Origin: a virus
DNA length: 27,150 bases
Strand: one strand, 5' to 3'
UHGV virus genome: UHGV-0189314
The position numbers were made by a program, and so were the translations under genes. Numbering within the stretch: position 1 is the first letter of the stretch; each line of letters starts with the position of its first letter. Below are positions 15,297 to 24,309 of this stretch, piece by piece. The notes beneath the pieces are model-generated. The model made no database searches. It saw only the letters and a list, made by a program, of their open reading frames with translations, and had not been told where the DNA came from.

Positions 15297-16552
15297 ATGG
15301 ACTGATTCTGACAACGTCCGGCACTGCAGAAATTGAAGCAGCATATCAGAACGGGCAAACCGTGACCGTCCGGCATGTTCTGCTTGGTGACGGGGGCGGG
15401 CAGGCATTGCCATCCACGCCGGATGAAATGGCAGCAATGACATCATTGTACGGCGAATTTGGGCAGGAACCCTTTTCCGACGGTGCGGTGGAGGAGGGCT
15501 TCATCAGCGGGGATATTGTGATTGACTGTAAATCATACCCCGGTAAAACCCTTCGTGAACTGGGTATAATTAGCGACAGCGGTACGCTTATCGCGTACGG
15601 ACGTTATCCGGACACCTTTTTACCAGACCAGACGGACTCTGTTATCAAGGAAGTTATTCTGACGCTGGTTCTTGGGCTGACGCACGCACAAAACGTGGTG
15701 CTGGAAGTTGATCCGGACAGGGCCATTATTACTCAGGAAATCGGAGACAGACGCTATCTGCAACGAAAAAAGAATCTTTCGGATGTGGAAGACAAGGATG
15801 AGGCTGTTAAAAACCTCGGATTAAAATCCACGGTGGACAAGGCAAAAAATGCCGTTCAGCGTGATGGTGACACCATGACCGGGGATCTGAAAATCCGTGG
15901 TGTTAATGCGCTGAGGATTTTCAACGAAGCCTTTGGTCTGATTTTTCGTCGTTCGGAAGAGTGCCTGCACCTTATCCCTACCAGTGAAGGTCAGGGCGAG
16001 AATGGCGATATTGGTCCACTTCGCCCGTTCACTATTAATCTGCGGACGGGTGAAATATCCATGTCGCATAAAGTGTCTATTGGCGGTGGTTCGCAGGTCA
16101 ATGGTGCGCTGGGTATCGGCGTTCAGAATGCCTTGGGCGGTAACTCAATTGCTTTCGGGGATAACGATACTGGCCTGAAACAGAATGGTGATGGCCTGCT
16201 GGATGTTTATGCCAATAGCGTGCATGTGTTGCGTTTTCAGAGTGGCAGTATCCAGAGTAATAAAGCTGTAAACGTTACAGGACGGGTAACACCGTCAGAC
16301 TACGGAAACTTTGATGCCCGTTACCAGACCAAAACAGGCGGCGTGCAGGATGTGCGTTATGGTTCCGAAATGTATTACACCCCGGGAGGTAACCAGATAT
16401 CCTGGACATTTCGCTCACCTTCAGGCCACGGGTTATCCGGTATTAATGTGCAGGAAACCGGAAGTAATTCGGCGGATAACATCGGCGGTGTGTATTACCG
16501 ACCGCTTCAGAAACTGATTAACGGTACCTGGTATAACGTGGCGAGTGTTTAA
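15293..16552 (+). CDS. H: Tail fibre protein (P2 gpH-like)
   Basis: C-terminal ALGGNSIAFGDNDTGLKQNGDGLLDVYANS ... GNFDARY ... YRPLQKLINGTWYNVASV matches P2 H (ALGGSSIVLGDNDTGFKQNGDGILDVYANS ... FDSRY ... FRPIQKYINGTWYNVAQV). Confidence 0.9.
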   Translation: MNGLILTTSGTAEIEAAYQNGQTVTVRHVLLGDGGGQALPSTPDEMAAMTSLYGEFGQEPFSDGAVEEGFISGDIVIDCKSYPGKTLRELGIISDSGTLIAYGRYPDTFLPDQTDSVIKEVILTLVLGLTHAQNVVLEVDPDRAIITQEIGDRRYLQRKKNLSDVEDKDEAVKNLGLKSTVDKAKNAVQRDGDTMTGDLKIRGVNALRIFNEAFGLIFRRSEECLHLIPTSEGQGENGDIGPLRPFTINLRTGEISMSHKVSIGGGSQVNGALGIGVQNALGGNSIAFGDNDTGLKQNGDGLLDVYANSVHVLRFQSGSIQSNKAVNVTGRVTPSDYGNFDARYQTKTGGVQDVRYGSEMYYTPGGNQISWTFRSPSGHGLSGINVQETGSNSADNIGGVYYRPLQKLINGTWYNVASV

Positions 16553-16554
16553 CA

Positions 16555-17097
16555 ATGTTGCATTTAAAAAATATTACTGCGGGTAACCCGAAAACCGCAG
16601 AACAATATCAGCTGACAAAACAGTATGATGTCACCTGGCTTTTTTCGGAAGACGGCAAAAACTGGTATGAAGAACAGGAGAATTTTGCCAGTGACACCAT
16701 AAAAATGGTTTATACCGGAGACGGAAGCGTGGTGTGGGTCGGTAAGGATGTGACAGGCATTGAACCCCGTAACGCCAGTGTTATTGAAGTTCCTGATATT
16801 ATCGCCAATCGCCGCATTACCGCACCGGGTTACTGGTTTTACCGCAATGATGAATTTGTTTTCGACTACAAACTTAAAGCGGAAGACGAGCGTGATGCCC
16901 TGTTAAAACAGGTCAGCATCATCACCAGTGAGTGGGAAAAAGACCTGCTGCTGGGATTAATCAGCGACGAAGACAGGGAGAAGCTGAAAGCGTACCGCAT
17001 TTATGCGAAATCGCTGCAGGCGATGGGTTTCAGCGCTATTGCGGATAAGACTGCTTACGACAAAATTGCCTGGCCTGAGTCACCACAAAATATCTGA
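16555..17097 (+). CDS. G: Tail fibre assembly chaperone (P2 gpG / Tfa-like)
   Basis: 180-aa ORF immediately after the fibre gene, in the canonical tfa position and size; call rests on position and general resemblance. Confidence 0.75.
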   Translation: MLHLKNITAGNPKTAEQYQLTKQYDVTWLFSEDGKNWYEEQENFASDTIKMVYTGDGSVVWVGKDVTGIEPRNASVIEVPDIIANRRITAPGYWFYRNDEFVFDYKLKAEDERDALLKQVSIITSEWEKDLLLGLISDEDREKLKAYRIYAKSLQAMGFSAIADKTAYDKIAWPESPQNI

Positions 17098-17112
17098 AAA
17101 AAGTGAATCAAC

Positions 17113-17137
17113 AAACCGCCTTGAGGGCGGTTTTTTT
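17113..17137 (+). terminator. Intrinsic terminator (AAACCGCC-TTGAG-GGCGGTTT + T7) between tfa and sheath
   Basis: 6-8-bp stem and T-tract 17131-17137, ending 14 nt before the sheath ATG; matches the P2 operon boundary between G and FI. Confidence 0.6.
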
Positions 17138-17150
17138 ATGGGAGAGATGT

Positions 17151-18626
17151 ATGTCCGGACTACATGGTGTTGAAACCATTGAACTGACAACAGGTACGGT
17201 CGCCGTGCAGACCATCTCCACGGCAGTGGTTGGTCTGGTGGGGACTGCTCCGGATGCCTCTGGTGGTGTGTGTGCTTCCGGTACAGCCGGTTCGTGGCTG
17301 CTGGGAACGGCGCTGGATTTTACGGCGAAACAGGAGGGCCGGGCCGGCAATAAGATTTCGGTGGTTGCTGTCGCGGCCACAGAACAAAGCGCGCAGACCA
17401 CGGCCTCGCTGGAAGGTACAACCCTGACGATAACGCTGGGGACGGATGAGCACAGCCAGGTTAACGCCACGGTGGAGCGTGTGACTGAAGTGGTGAATGC
17501 ACTGGGTGATTCACCTGTGACGGCGGCAGTCAGTACCCTGAATGCAGGGGGCGCTGAAAATAATGTGGTGTCGCCGTTCAGCCTGACGTTATCCGGCGGG
17601 GAGGATGAGGCGTTCCCGGTCAATACACCGGTGGTGGTGGCAGGGGCCATTACTCAGGCCGGGAAACTGGGCTCAGCCGGGACATTATATCCGGCCCTGC
17701 GTGATATTTTTGACCAGACCGGTGCGCTGGTGATTGTGGTGCGTGCGGAAAGCAAAACAAAGGCGAAAGAGGCCGAACAGCGTGCGGCGGTGATTCAGGC
17801 CATGGAGGCGCTGACAGAAAGTAAGGGCGTCACGGGCTATCAACCGCGCATCCTCATTGCCACGGGGTACAGTGAGGATGATGGCGTGGCAAAGGCGCTG
17901 GAAACGTATGCCGCGAAGCTGCGGGCCGTGGCCTATATCGACTCTCCCTCAATGGCAACGCCGCAGGATGTGGTTCAAAGGCGCGCATCCTTTGGCGGGC
18001 GCGTGGAGCTGCTGCGCCCGCGCGTGTCAGTAACGGATGACAGCGGGCAGACGGTATTTCGTCCATATTCGGCTCGTGCTGCCGGGCTGCGTGCCCGTAT
18101 TGATTATGAAAAAGGGTGGTGGTGGTCCAAATCAAACCAGGACGTGATGAATATCACCGGTCTGGAGCAGGTGGACACGTTTATTCTCGGGGAGCAGAAC
18201 TGCACAGCAAACCTGCTGAACATGGAAAATATCTCCACCATTATTCGCCATGACGGTTTTAAACACTGGGGTAACCGTCTGTGCACATCCCACAGTCAGT
18301 GGCGCTTTGAACCGGTACGCCGTACTGCAGATGTGATTGAGGACAGTATCCAGGAGGCCATGCTGCCTTATGTCGATCGCCCGCTGGATCGTGATGTGGC
18401 GGACGACATTCTTGGCAGTATTAATGCCTATATGCGTCAGCTTAAAAATCTGGGCGCGATCCACGGTGGCAGTGCCTGGCTGAATGATGAACTGAACACA
18501 GCAGAAACCCTGGCCGCCGGGCAGTTGTATATCGATTATGACTTTGGGCCGAAGTCACCACTGGAGCGCCTGACACTGCGGGCGATGATTAACAATAAAC
18601 TGGCGCTGGAGGAGCTGACGGTATGA
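17151..18626 (+). CDS. FI: Contractile tail sheath protein (P2 gpFI-like) with an extra ~120-aa insertion
   Basis: N-terminus MSGLHGVETIEL..VQTISTAVVGLVGTAPDA and C-terminal LGLRARIDYEKGWWWSKSN...IIRHDGFKHWGNR...TAETLAAGQLYIDYDFGPKSPLERLTLRAMI match P2 FI. RBS GGAGAG then ATG 17151; the ORF-track start at 17103 would include the terminator. Confidence 0.95.
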   Translation: MSGLHGVETIELTTGTVAVQTISTAVVGLVGTAPDASGGVCASGTAGSWLLGTALDFTAKQEGRAGNKISVVAVAATEQSAQTTASLEGTTLTITLGTDEHSQVNATVERVTEVVNALGDSPVTAAVSTLNAGGAENNVVSPFSLTLSGGEDEAFPVNTPVVVAGAITQAGKLGSAGTLYPALRDIFDQTGALVIVVRAESKTKAKEAEQRAAVIQAMEALTESKGVTGYQPRILIATGYSEDDGVAKALETYAAKLRAVAYIDSPSMATPQDVVQRRASFGGRVELLRPRVSVTDDSGQTVFRPYSARAAGLRARIDYEKGWWWSKSNQDVMNITGLEQVDTFILGEQNCTANLLNMENISTIIRHDGFKHWGNRLCTSHSQWRFEPVRRTADVIEDSIQEAMLPYVDRPLDRDVADDILGSINAYMRQLKNLGAIHGGSAWLNDELNTAETLAAGQLYIDYDFGPKSPLERLTLRAMINNKLALEELTV

Positions 18627-19141
18627 TGACGGGTGAAAAAAAACTATTGCGCGCATGGGCGTTATTTCTTCCTGGTGGGATCCGTCTTCATGGCGCGCAC
18701 GAATATACGCCGCCAGCCATTAATATCACGACAGTGGATATCAAAACCGGTGCAATGGATGCACCGGTGGCAGTGGATGATGGTATGGAGGCGCTGACCT
18801 GCTCGTTTAAGATTTATGGCTACGATGTTGCCATGCTGACACTGCTTGGATTACAGGCGGGGCTTTATTCGCCGGAGATTGTTGTCCGCCAGGCTTACAG
18901 GGTGGGGAATGCGACCAGCGGACAGGTGGAAACCCTGCAGGGGATGATCACCAGTATCACGCCGGATGCGCGTCCGGCAACGTCACAGGCAGAGGCTTCG
19001 GTGACGGTGGAAATGTCACTGAGTTATTACCGTCAGGCTGTCGACGGTGTGGAAACCATCTGCATTATTCCGGAGGAATTTGTGCGCCGTATTAACGGCG
19101 TTAATGTTCTGTCGGATCTAAAAAAAATCATCCGGGTTTAA
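18623..19141 (+). CDS. FII: Tail tube protein (P2 gpFII-like)
   Basis: 172 aa (same size as P2 FII), directly after the sheath gene with overlapping ATGA; moderate resemblance to P2 FII. Confidence 0.8.
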   Translation: MMTGEKKLLRAWALFLPGGIRLHGAHEYTPPAINITTVDIKTGAMDAPVAVDDGMEALTCSFKIYGYDVAMLTLLGLQAGLYSPEIVVRQAYRVGNATSGQVETLQGMITSITPDARPATSQAEASVTVEMSLSYYRQAVDGVETICIIPEEFVRRINGVNVLSDLKKIIRV

Positions 19142-19160
19142 TCCGGGGATCCTGTCATTC

Positions 19161-19188
19161 AGGCGGCTCAGGCCGCCTTTTCTTTTTT
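19161..19188 (+). terminator. Intrinsic terminator (AGGCGGC-UCAG-GCCGCCU + TTTCTTTTTT) after the tube gene
   Basis: 7-bp stem, 4-nt loop, U-tract to 19188; next RBS AAAGGAG at 19189-19195. Confidence 0.55.
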
Positions 19189-19201
19189 AAAGGAGATGCT
19201 T

Positions 19202-19504
19202 ATGTCGGAAAAAAACAGTGTTCCTGCCAGCTGCGTGGAAATTGTGTTATCCGTGCCGTATGTCACCGCATCAGGGCAGACGATCACGCACATCACCATG
19301 CGTGCACCCACCGTCCGCGATCGTCTGTTGCATCGACGGAGTACCAAACCGGAAGCAGAGGCTGACCTGGATATGATTGCCGGTCTTTGCGGGATGGATG
19401 CGGCGGACATGATGAACATGGAAGCGTGTGATTACCTGGCCCTGGAGCGGCAGTTTAATGTTTTTTTGCTGCCGCCGGTCCGGCGGAAGAAGAAAGTATC
19501 CTGA
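19202..19504 (+). CDS. E: Tail assembly chaperone E (P2 gpE-like), zero-frame product
   Basis: Small acidic protein between tube and tape-measure genes; contains the slippery run T-TTT-TTG at 19462-19468. ATG 19202 preferred (RBS spacing) over 19196. Confidence 0.75.
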   Translation: MSEKNSVPASCVEIVLSVPYVTASGQTITHITMRAPTVRDRLLHRRSTKPEAEADLDMIAGLCGMDAADMMNMEACDYLALERQFNVFLLPPVRRKKKVS

Positions 19505-19641
19505 TGGCGATACGGCGTGCCGGTGCCTGGTTCGGGTGGTCTCCCGGAGATGTGATGGCGCTGCCGTATACGGATTTTGTGTCAATGATGCTGGCGGAGT
19601 CGGAAGAGAGGAAGCGACGTTATGGCAACGGTTGGCGATAA
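19202..19641 (+). CDS. E+E' fusion made by programmed -1 ribosomal frameshift (slip at 19462-19468)
   Basis: After a -1 slip at T_TTT_TTG the -1 frame stays open from 19468 to TAA 19639-19641 (…AIRRAGAWFGWSPGDVMALPYTDFVSMMLAESEERKRRYGNGWR), overlapping the tape-measure start. Same arrangement as P2 E/E' and lambda G/GT. Confidence 0.6.
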
Positions 19642-21274
19642 CCTTAAAGCGAATATCAGGATCGGCGGCACGATAGATCCGTCGTGGAAAAAATCGGTAG
19701 ATGGACTGAAGCACGGATTATCAGGGGCAACGCAGGAAGTGGCCCGCCTGACACGCCAGCAGGACGTACTGAAACGAAAAATTCAGGCTGGCGTACTGGC
19801 TGGACAGGATATTACTGAACTGCGAAAGCAGTATGAAAAGCTGGGCAAAAAAATTCATGATGCTACCGGAGAGCAGGACAAATTTAACCGTAAGCTGGCT
19901 CGTGCTGAACGTCTGGAACGCTGGAAAGGGCGGGCCGGGACCGTTCTTAAAACCGGGCTGGGGCTTTCTGTTGGTTCGGGGTTGACGCTGGCAGCGGGCA
20001 CTACCGCTGTGCTTAACCGGAATACGGAAACGGCAGAGCGGGCAGGGATAGCCCGCAGTTACGGGGTGGATTATGAAACCTATGCGGCATGGGATTCACT
20101 TGCCCGACTGATGGGGCTGAACGGTGAAAACATCGGTGATCTGTTTGAGGAGTACCGGAACAAGGTTTTTGACGATGATAATGGTGCCACGGACAAAGGA
20201 GCCATTCAGGAGGTATTCGGTAAACTGGGGCTGAAAGCGGGCGTAATGGCCGGAAAAAGCAACCAGGAGCAGGTCGAATTTTTATTTGATCGCTTACTGC
20301 AGGTGGAGAATGAACAGGTGGCAGCCGGGATGGCAGATGCGCTGTTTGGTGGTGAGGCCAATAAAATTCTGACCTGGATGCGTCTGTCAGGAAAAACTTA
20401 CCGGGAGCTTATCAGTGAGCAGAAACGCTATAACCTGGTGACAAAGGCAGGGGCAGATGGCGCAGTTCAGGGGCATATGGCGCTGTCAAATCTCAGTAAT
20501 GTTCTGAGTTCGTCCATTGATGAAATCAGCGGGCAACTGGGTAAGGAGCTGGCACCACATATTCAACAGGTGACGGATGACCTTGCGGCCTGGTTTAAGT
20601 ATGGTGGACTGGAAAAAATCCGGGCATTTATCCGTGATGATGCCCTGCCGGCGCTGATCGACATGGCAGCATGGATGTGGAAATTCGGAAAGGTTCTGGC
20701 TGGAATCACACAAAAAGCCATTGAGTGGGGGTTAGCGGATGATCCACGAGAGGACCGGCGAGAGGTGCTGGAATATCTGGCAAAAATGGGGGCGCCGGAG
20801 CTGGCGAGAGCGGTGGCGCAGAAAAACGGTCAGGGAGAATGGTTTGATGAACTGCTCAGGCAAAATCCGGACCTGACGAAACAGGTTGTACAGGCTTATA
20901 AAGACACCCGCGGTTATCTCCCCTGGAATCATGACGATAAAAAGTTTGATGCATTTCTCGACCCTTTGCTGGGGCCGAAAGAAGAACCTGATTTTAAGGC
21001 GATAAAAGAGAAATCCCGCACCTACATTGATGGACTTCATGCAGCAGATTCGGGGCAGGGTAATTCGGATCCCCTCTCAGCTCTTCAGTATACACCCGGC
21101 AGTATCAGCCAGGTGGAAGTAAAACCCACGTATCAGATACGGGCGGAATTCAACATCACCCAGAAGCCAGGCGAGGATGCCGGACAACTGGCAGACAGGG
21201 TGACGAAAAATCTGGGTGATATTCATTTTGGTCAGCGTTCCCGTATGACTGATGGTTATGAATCCTGGGGGTGA
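19622..21274 (+). CDS. T: Tail tape-measure protein (P2 gpT position; 550 aa)
   Basis: Large, predicted alpha-helical protein directly after E/E' and before U; call is mainly positional. Confidence 0.7.
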   Translation: MATVGDNLKANIRIGGTIDPSWKKSVDGLKHGLSGATQEVARLTRQQDVLKRKIQAGVLAGQDITELRKQYEKLGKKIHDATGEQDKFNRKLARAERLERWKGRAGTVLKTGLGLSVGSGLTLAAGTTAVLNRNTETAERAGIARSYGVDYETYAAWDSLARLMGLNGENIGDLFEEYRNKVFDDDNGATDKGAIQEVFGKLGLKAGVMAGKSNQEQVEFLFDRLLQVENEQVAAGMADALFGGEANKILTWMRLSGKTYRELISEQKRYNLVTKAGADGAVQGHMALSNLSNVLSSSIDEISGQLGKELAPHIQQVTDDLAAWFKYGGLEKIRAFIRDDALPALIDMAAWMWKFGKVLAGITQKAIEWGLADDPREDRREVLEYLAKMGAPELARAVAQKNGQGEWFDELLRQNPDLTKQVVQAYKDTRGYLPWNHDDKKFDAFLDPLLGPKEEPDFKAIKEKSRTYIDGLHAADSGQGNSDPLSALQYTPGSISQVEVKPTYQIRAEFNITQKPGEDAGQLADRVTKNLGDIHFGQRSRMTDGYESWG

Positions 21275-21276
21275 AG

Positions 21277-21765
21277 ATGGTGGATTTACTGGGCTGGGGC
21301 GTAAACCGGCTTGAGCGCGAAGCATGGGACGCAGTGGGCTCATTAACGGAGGTGGCTTCCCGCGTCATGCTGTCGTTTGGTGAGTTTGAATTCAGTATCG
21401 ATACGGCAGCGTATAACGCCATGAAGCGCACCATGGAATGGCGGTGGGATGAACAGCAGCTTATCGGAAAAAACGACCTGCTGCAGTATACCGGCAAGGG
21501 AGCCAGAACAATAACCCTTGAAGGTATGGCGCATGCAGGATTTCGTGACGGTGTGGGAATGGATGCCCTTGATACACTGGTTCAGATGGTGGATGACAAT
21601 CCGGCTCCGTACCTTCTGGTCTCGAGCACAGGCGATGTGATGGGGTATTTTGTTGCAACCGCCTATTCAGATAACACCACGTCCTTTCTTCCCGGCGGTG
21701 CGCCGAAGAATAAAACGTTCACACTGGAGCTGAAATACTATGGTGAAAAACTGGCGGACCACTGA
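21277..21765 (+). CDS. U: Tail protein U (P2 gpU-like)
   Basis: SFLPGGAPKNKTFTLELKYY resembles the gpU family C-terminus. ATG 21277 after GGGGG; alternative GTG at 21271. Confidence 0.8.
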   Translation: MVDLLGWGVNRLEREAWDAVGSLTEVASRVMLSFGEFEFSIDTAAYNAMKRTMEWRWDEQQLIGKNDLLQYTGKGARTITLEGMAHAGFRDGVGMDALDTLVQMVDDNPAPYLLVSSTGDVMGYFVATAYSDNTTSFLPGGAPKNKTFTLELKYYGEKLADH

Positions 21766-21958
21766 CGGCGATATGCTGGATGATATCTGTCAGAGACACT
21801 ATGGCAGCGCCGGACTTAACCAGTCACTGGCGGCGGTACTGGAAGCCAATCCCGGACTGGCTGATATTGGTCCGGTATATCCGGCAGGTGTGGAAATCGT
21901 GTTGCCGGACTGGGTGTATGAACCGGAGGAAAAGGAGACGTTTCAGTTATGGGACTGA
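21740..21958 (+). CDS. X: Tail protein X (P2 gpX-like, LysM-like)
   Basis: DGDMLDDICQRHYG....LAAVLEANPGLADIGPVYPAGVEIVLPD matches P2 X (QGDTLDAICVRYYG...VLAANPGLAELGAVLPHGTAVELPD). Confidence 0.85.
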   Translation: MVKNWRTTDGDMLDDICQRHYGSAGLNQSLAAVLEANPGLADIGPVYPAGVEIVLPDWVYEPEEKETFQLWD

Positions 21959-23037
21959 ATGAATATCTGCCTGATTTCAGCCTGACAGCAGAGGGGGAGG
22001 ATATCACGAAGGCCATAAAGCGGGGGCTGGCTGAAGTGCGTTATACCGATAATGGTGCTGCCACAAAGCGCTCCGATGAACTGATGATAACCCTGTTCAG
22101 TGAGAAGATGGCGCTGCCACCAAAAGGCGCGGTGTTAACGCTGGGACTGGGATTCAACGGAAACCTGGTAAATAAAGGCAGCTTTACCGTCTGCCAGGTG
22201 GCAAGTGGTGGGCCTCCCCGTTGGATCACCATTTATGCCACAGCCGCCCCCATGAATGCGTCCAGGCATGGTGCAGATGTGACTGCACTGAAAACCCGCG
22301 TGTTCAGCGATATTACGCTGGGTGAACTGGTGAAAACGATCGCCACTGAAAATAATCTGGTGGCGCAGGTCTCACCGGCGCTGGCGGAAATCCGTATTCC
22401 GTGGGTGATGCAGTCATCTGAATCGGATGCGTCCCTGCTTTCCCGGCTTGCAGGGATGTACGGTGCCACCAGTAAACCGACGAACGGTTACTGGTTATTC
22501 CTGGAGTATGGCGCATCGCAGAGTACATGCGGCAGGGATGCCCCTGTAATGACCATCACGCCGGACATGGTGTCAGACTGGGATTACCGGGAGGGGGAGC
22601 GGCAGGGCGCATCCGGAGGTGGAAAAGGAACAACAAAAAAAGGGAAAGTGGGTGTCAGATATTTTGACCCTCGCGACGGGAGAACGCGCGAATTTAAAGT
22701 GGATGTGGAGTCCACAGACAAGCGACATCCATTCACTCAGCCGGATCAGGGCACAGCAAAACACTGCGCAGACTCTAAGGTTAAACGTGTGCAGAAAGCC
22801 GGACGCCAGATGACGATAACGTTGCCCTGCAGGCCCGCATTGTTGAAAGCGGGTGCAGAGATGCGTTTTATCACGCAGGGTTTTGGGGGACGCGAGGATC
22901 ATAACTGGCAGGCTGAGTCGGTGGAGTTTTCACTGGCACCGGGGCAGGGATTTACGCTGAATCTGTCGCTGACCACGGATATTTCTGCAAAGGGGAAAGC
23001 CAGTGGCAAGAAAAAAGGCGTCAATTATTTTGGTTAA
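21949..23037 (+). CDS. D: Tail protein D (P2 gpD-like, baseplate hub / late tail gene)
   Basis: Size and several blocks match P2 D (LPDFSLTAEGEDITKAI, PPKGAVLTLGLGF..LVNKGSFTV, TLGELV); terminal gene of the U-X-D trio. Confidence 0.85.
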   Translation: MGLNEYLPDFSLTAEGEDITKAIKRGLAEVRYTDNGAATKRSDELMITLFSEKMALPPKGAVLTLGLGFNGNLVNKGSFTVCQVASGGPPRWITIYATAAPMNASRHGADVTALKTRVFSDITLGELVKTIATENNLVAQVSPALAEIRIPWVMQSSESDASLLSRLAGMYGATSKPTNGYWLFLEYGASQSTCGRDAPVMTITPDMVSDWDYREGERQGASGGGKGTTKKGKVGVRYFDPRDGRTREFKVDVESTDKRHPFTQPDQGTAKHCADSKVKRVQKAGRQMTITLPCRPALLKAGAEMRFITQGFGGREDHNWQAESVEFSLAPGQGFTLNLSLTTDISAKGKASGKKKGVNYFG

Positions 23038-23061
23038 TGTTTTCTGAATCAGGAAATAAAA

Positions 23062-24279
23062 ATGTCTGTATTAATTTCGGGTGTGCTGACGGATGGTGCG
23101 GGACTCCCCATGTCCGGATACCATATTATTCTGAAAGCCCGACAGAATACATCCGCAGTGGTTATGAGAACGGTGGCAACAGTGGTGACAGGGCCGGCAG
23201 GAGAATATGCATTTGAGGCTCAAACCGGAATATATGATGTTTATCTTCGTTCGTGTATTGAAAGAGAATATTGTGTCGGTGATATTTGGGTTTACGACGA
23301 TTCTAGGCCCGGTACACTGAATGATTTTCTGACCGCTCTCGATGAGGGCGACTTGAAACCGGATGTGGTGAAACGCTTCGAAGAAATGTTGGCGCAGGCG
23401 CAGCAGAGCGCGGAAGCGGCAGCGGAAAGCGAACGACAGTCCGGGCAACACGCAGCTGATGCGCAGAAGATTAAGGATGATTGCCAGATGCTGGCGGATA
23501 ACGTACAGCAGAATGCAGAAGCCGTTGCCGAAGATAAACAACGCGTTGAACATCTGGCCTCAGAAGTTGAGTTGAACGCTGGGCAGGTGCAGCAGAGTAT
23601 TACAGATGCAGTAAAGCAGGCTCAACAGGTAGCAGATGACGCTGCATCCAGTGCCGAGGAATCAAAGAACAATGCGCAGGAAGCAAAACAGTACAGGGAT
23701 GAGGCACAACAGATTATTGATAGTCTGAATGCAACAAATGCCACCACAATGGATAAAGGGCTGGTGCAACTGTGTAGTGATACGGACAACGACACCGAGG
23801 AGCTGGCTGCTACGCCAAAGGCAGTCAAAGCCGTCATGGATGAGGTTAAGGGAAAAGCGCCGCTGGACAGCCCTGCGTTCACTGGCATGCCAACCACCCC
23901 CACCCCTTCGCAGGATGCGTCCGGTTGTGAAATTGTAAATGCTGAATTTGTTCGGGCATTGATTGCTGCAACGTCATCAGGTTCGTATTCAACCGATTCA
24001 GTGGTTCCGCTGGTAATTAATGGTGCACAACTCCAGTCCGCTCATCAGAGCAGTGGACCACTGGTGATAAACAAGGTGCAATTTCAGCACGTCCGTCAGA
24101 CCAGAACCAATGCCCCCCTGGTGGTCAACAAAGCACTGATCCAGTCCGCTCATCAGAGCAGTGGACCACTGGTGATTAACAAGGCGCAACTTCAGCACGG
24201 TCGTCAGGCCAGAACCAACGGCCCCCTGGTGGTTAACCGTATGGGGTTGAGTTTTGCATTCGTTACCCCTTTGCAATGA
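23062..24279 (+). CDS. Second tail fibre: lambda-Stf-like N-terminus, coiled-coil region, repeat-containing C-terminus
   Basis: N-terminus MSVLISGVLTDGAGLPMSGYHIILKARQNTSAVV...VYDDSRPGTLNDFL matches the lambda Stf / prophage tail-fibre N-terminal domain (MAVKISGVLKDGTGKPVQNCTIQLKA...VYEDSQPGTLNDFL). Middle GLVQLCSDTDNDTEELAATPKAVKAVMDEVKGKAPLDSPAFTGMPTTPT matches the conserved fibre motif also in P2 H. Confidence 0.8.
   Translation: MSVLISGVLTDGAGLPMSGYHIILKARQNTSAVVMRTVATVVTGPAGEYAFEAQTGIYDVYLRSCIEREYCVGDIWVYDDSRPGTLNDFLTALDEGDLKPDVVKRFEEMLAQAQQSAEAAAESERQSGQHAADAQKIKDDCQMLADNVQQNAEAVAEDKQRVEHLASEVELNAGQVQQSITDAVKQAQQVADDAASSAEESKNNAQEAKQYRDEAQQIIDSLNATNATTMDKGLVQLCSDTDNDTEELAATPKAVKAVMDEVKGKAPLDSPAFTGMPTTPTPSQDASGCEIVNAEFVRALIAATSSGSYSTDSVVPLVINGAQLQSAHQSSGPLVINKVQFQHVRQTRTNAPLVVNKALIQSAHQSSGPLVINKAQLQHGRQARTNGPLVVNRMGLSFAFVTPLQ
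24007..24240 (+). repeat. Near-identical tandem coding repeat (2 x 108 bp plus a partial third) at the C-terminus of the Stf-like fibre
   Basis: Copies at 24007-24114 and 24115-24222 differ at only a few positions; each encodes PLV[I/V]N-x-(A/V)Q-x-Q-SAHQSSG / PLVIN-K-x-Q-x-QH-x-RQ-x-RTN. Also generates the antisense artefact ORF 23998-24276. Confidence 0.75.
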
Positions 24280-24309
24280 AAACTAACTTTATGAAATGAG
24301 GGTTAAATT

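Noticed and set aside
19428-19676. 82-aa ORF in the +1 frame relative to E
   Set aside because: This is the wrong frame for the frameshift product: a -1 slip at T_TTT_TTG enters the other frame (open 19468-19641), which gives the plausible E' extension. The 19428 ORF is Cys/Arg-rich and looks non-coding.
23062-24279. Diversity-generating retroelement targeting the fibre C-terminus
   Set aside because: No reverse transcriptase gene and no separate template-repeat/variable-repeat pair with adenine-specific differences; the repeats are simple in-frame tandem duplications.
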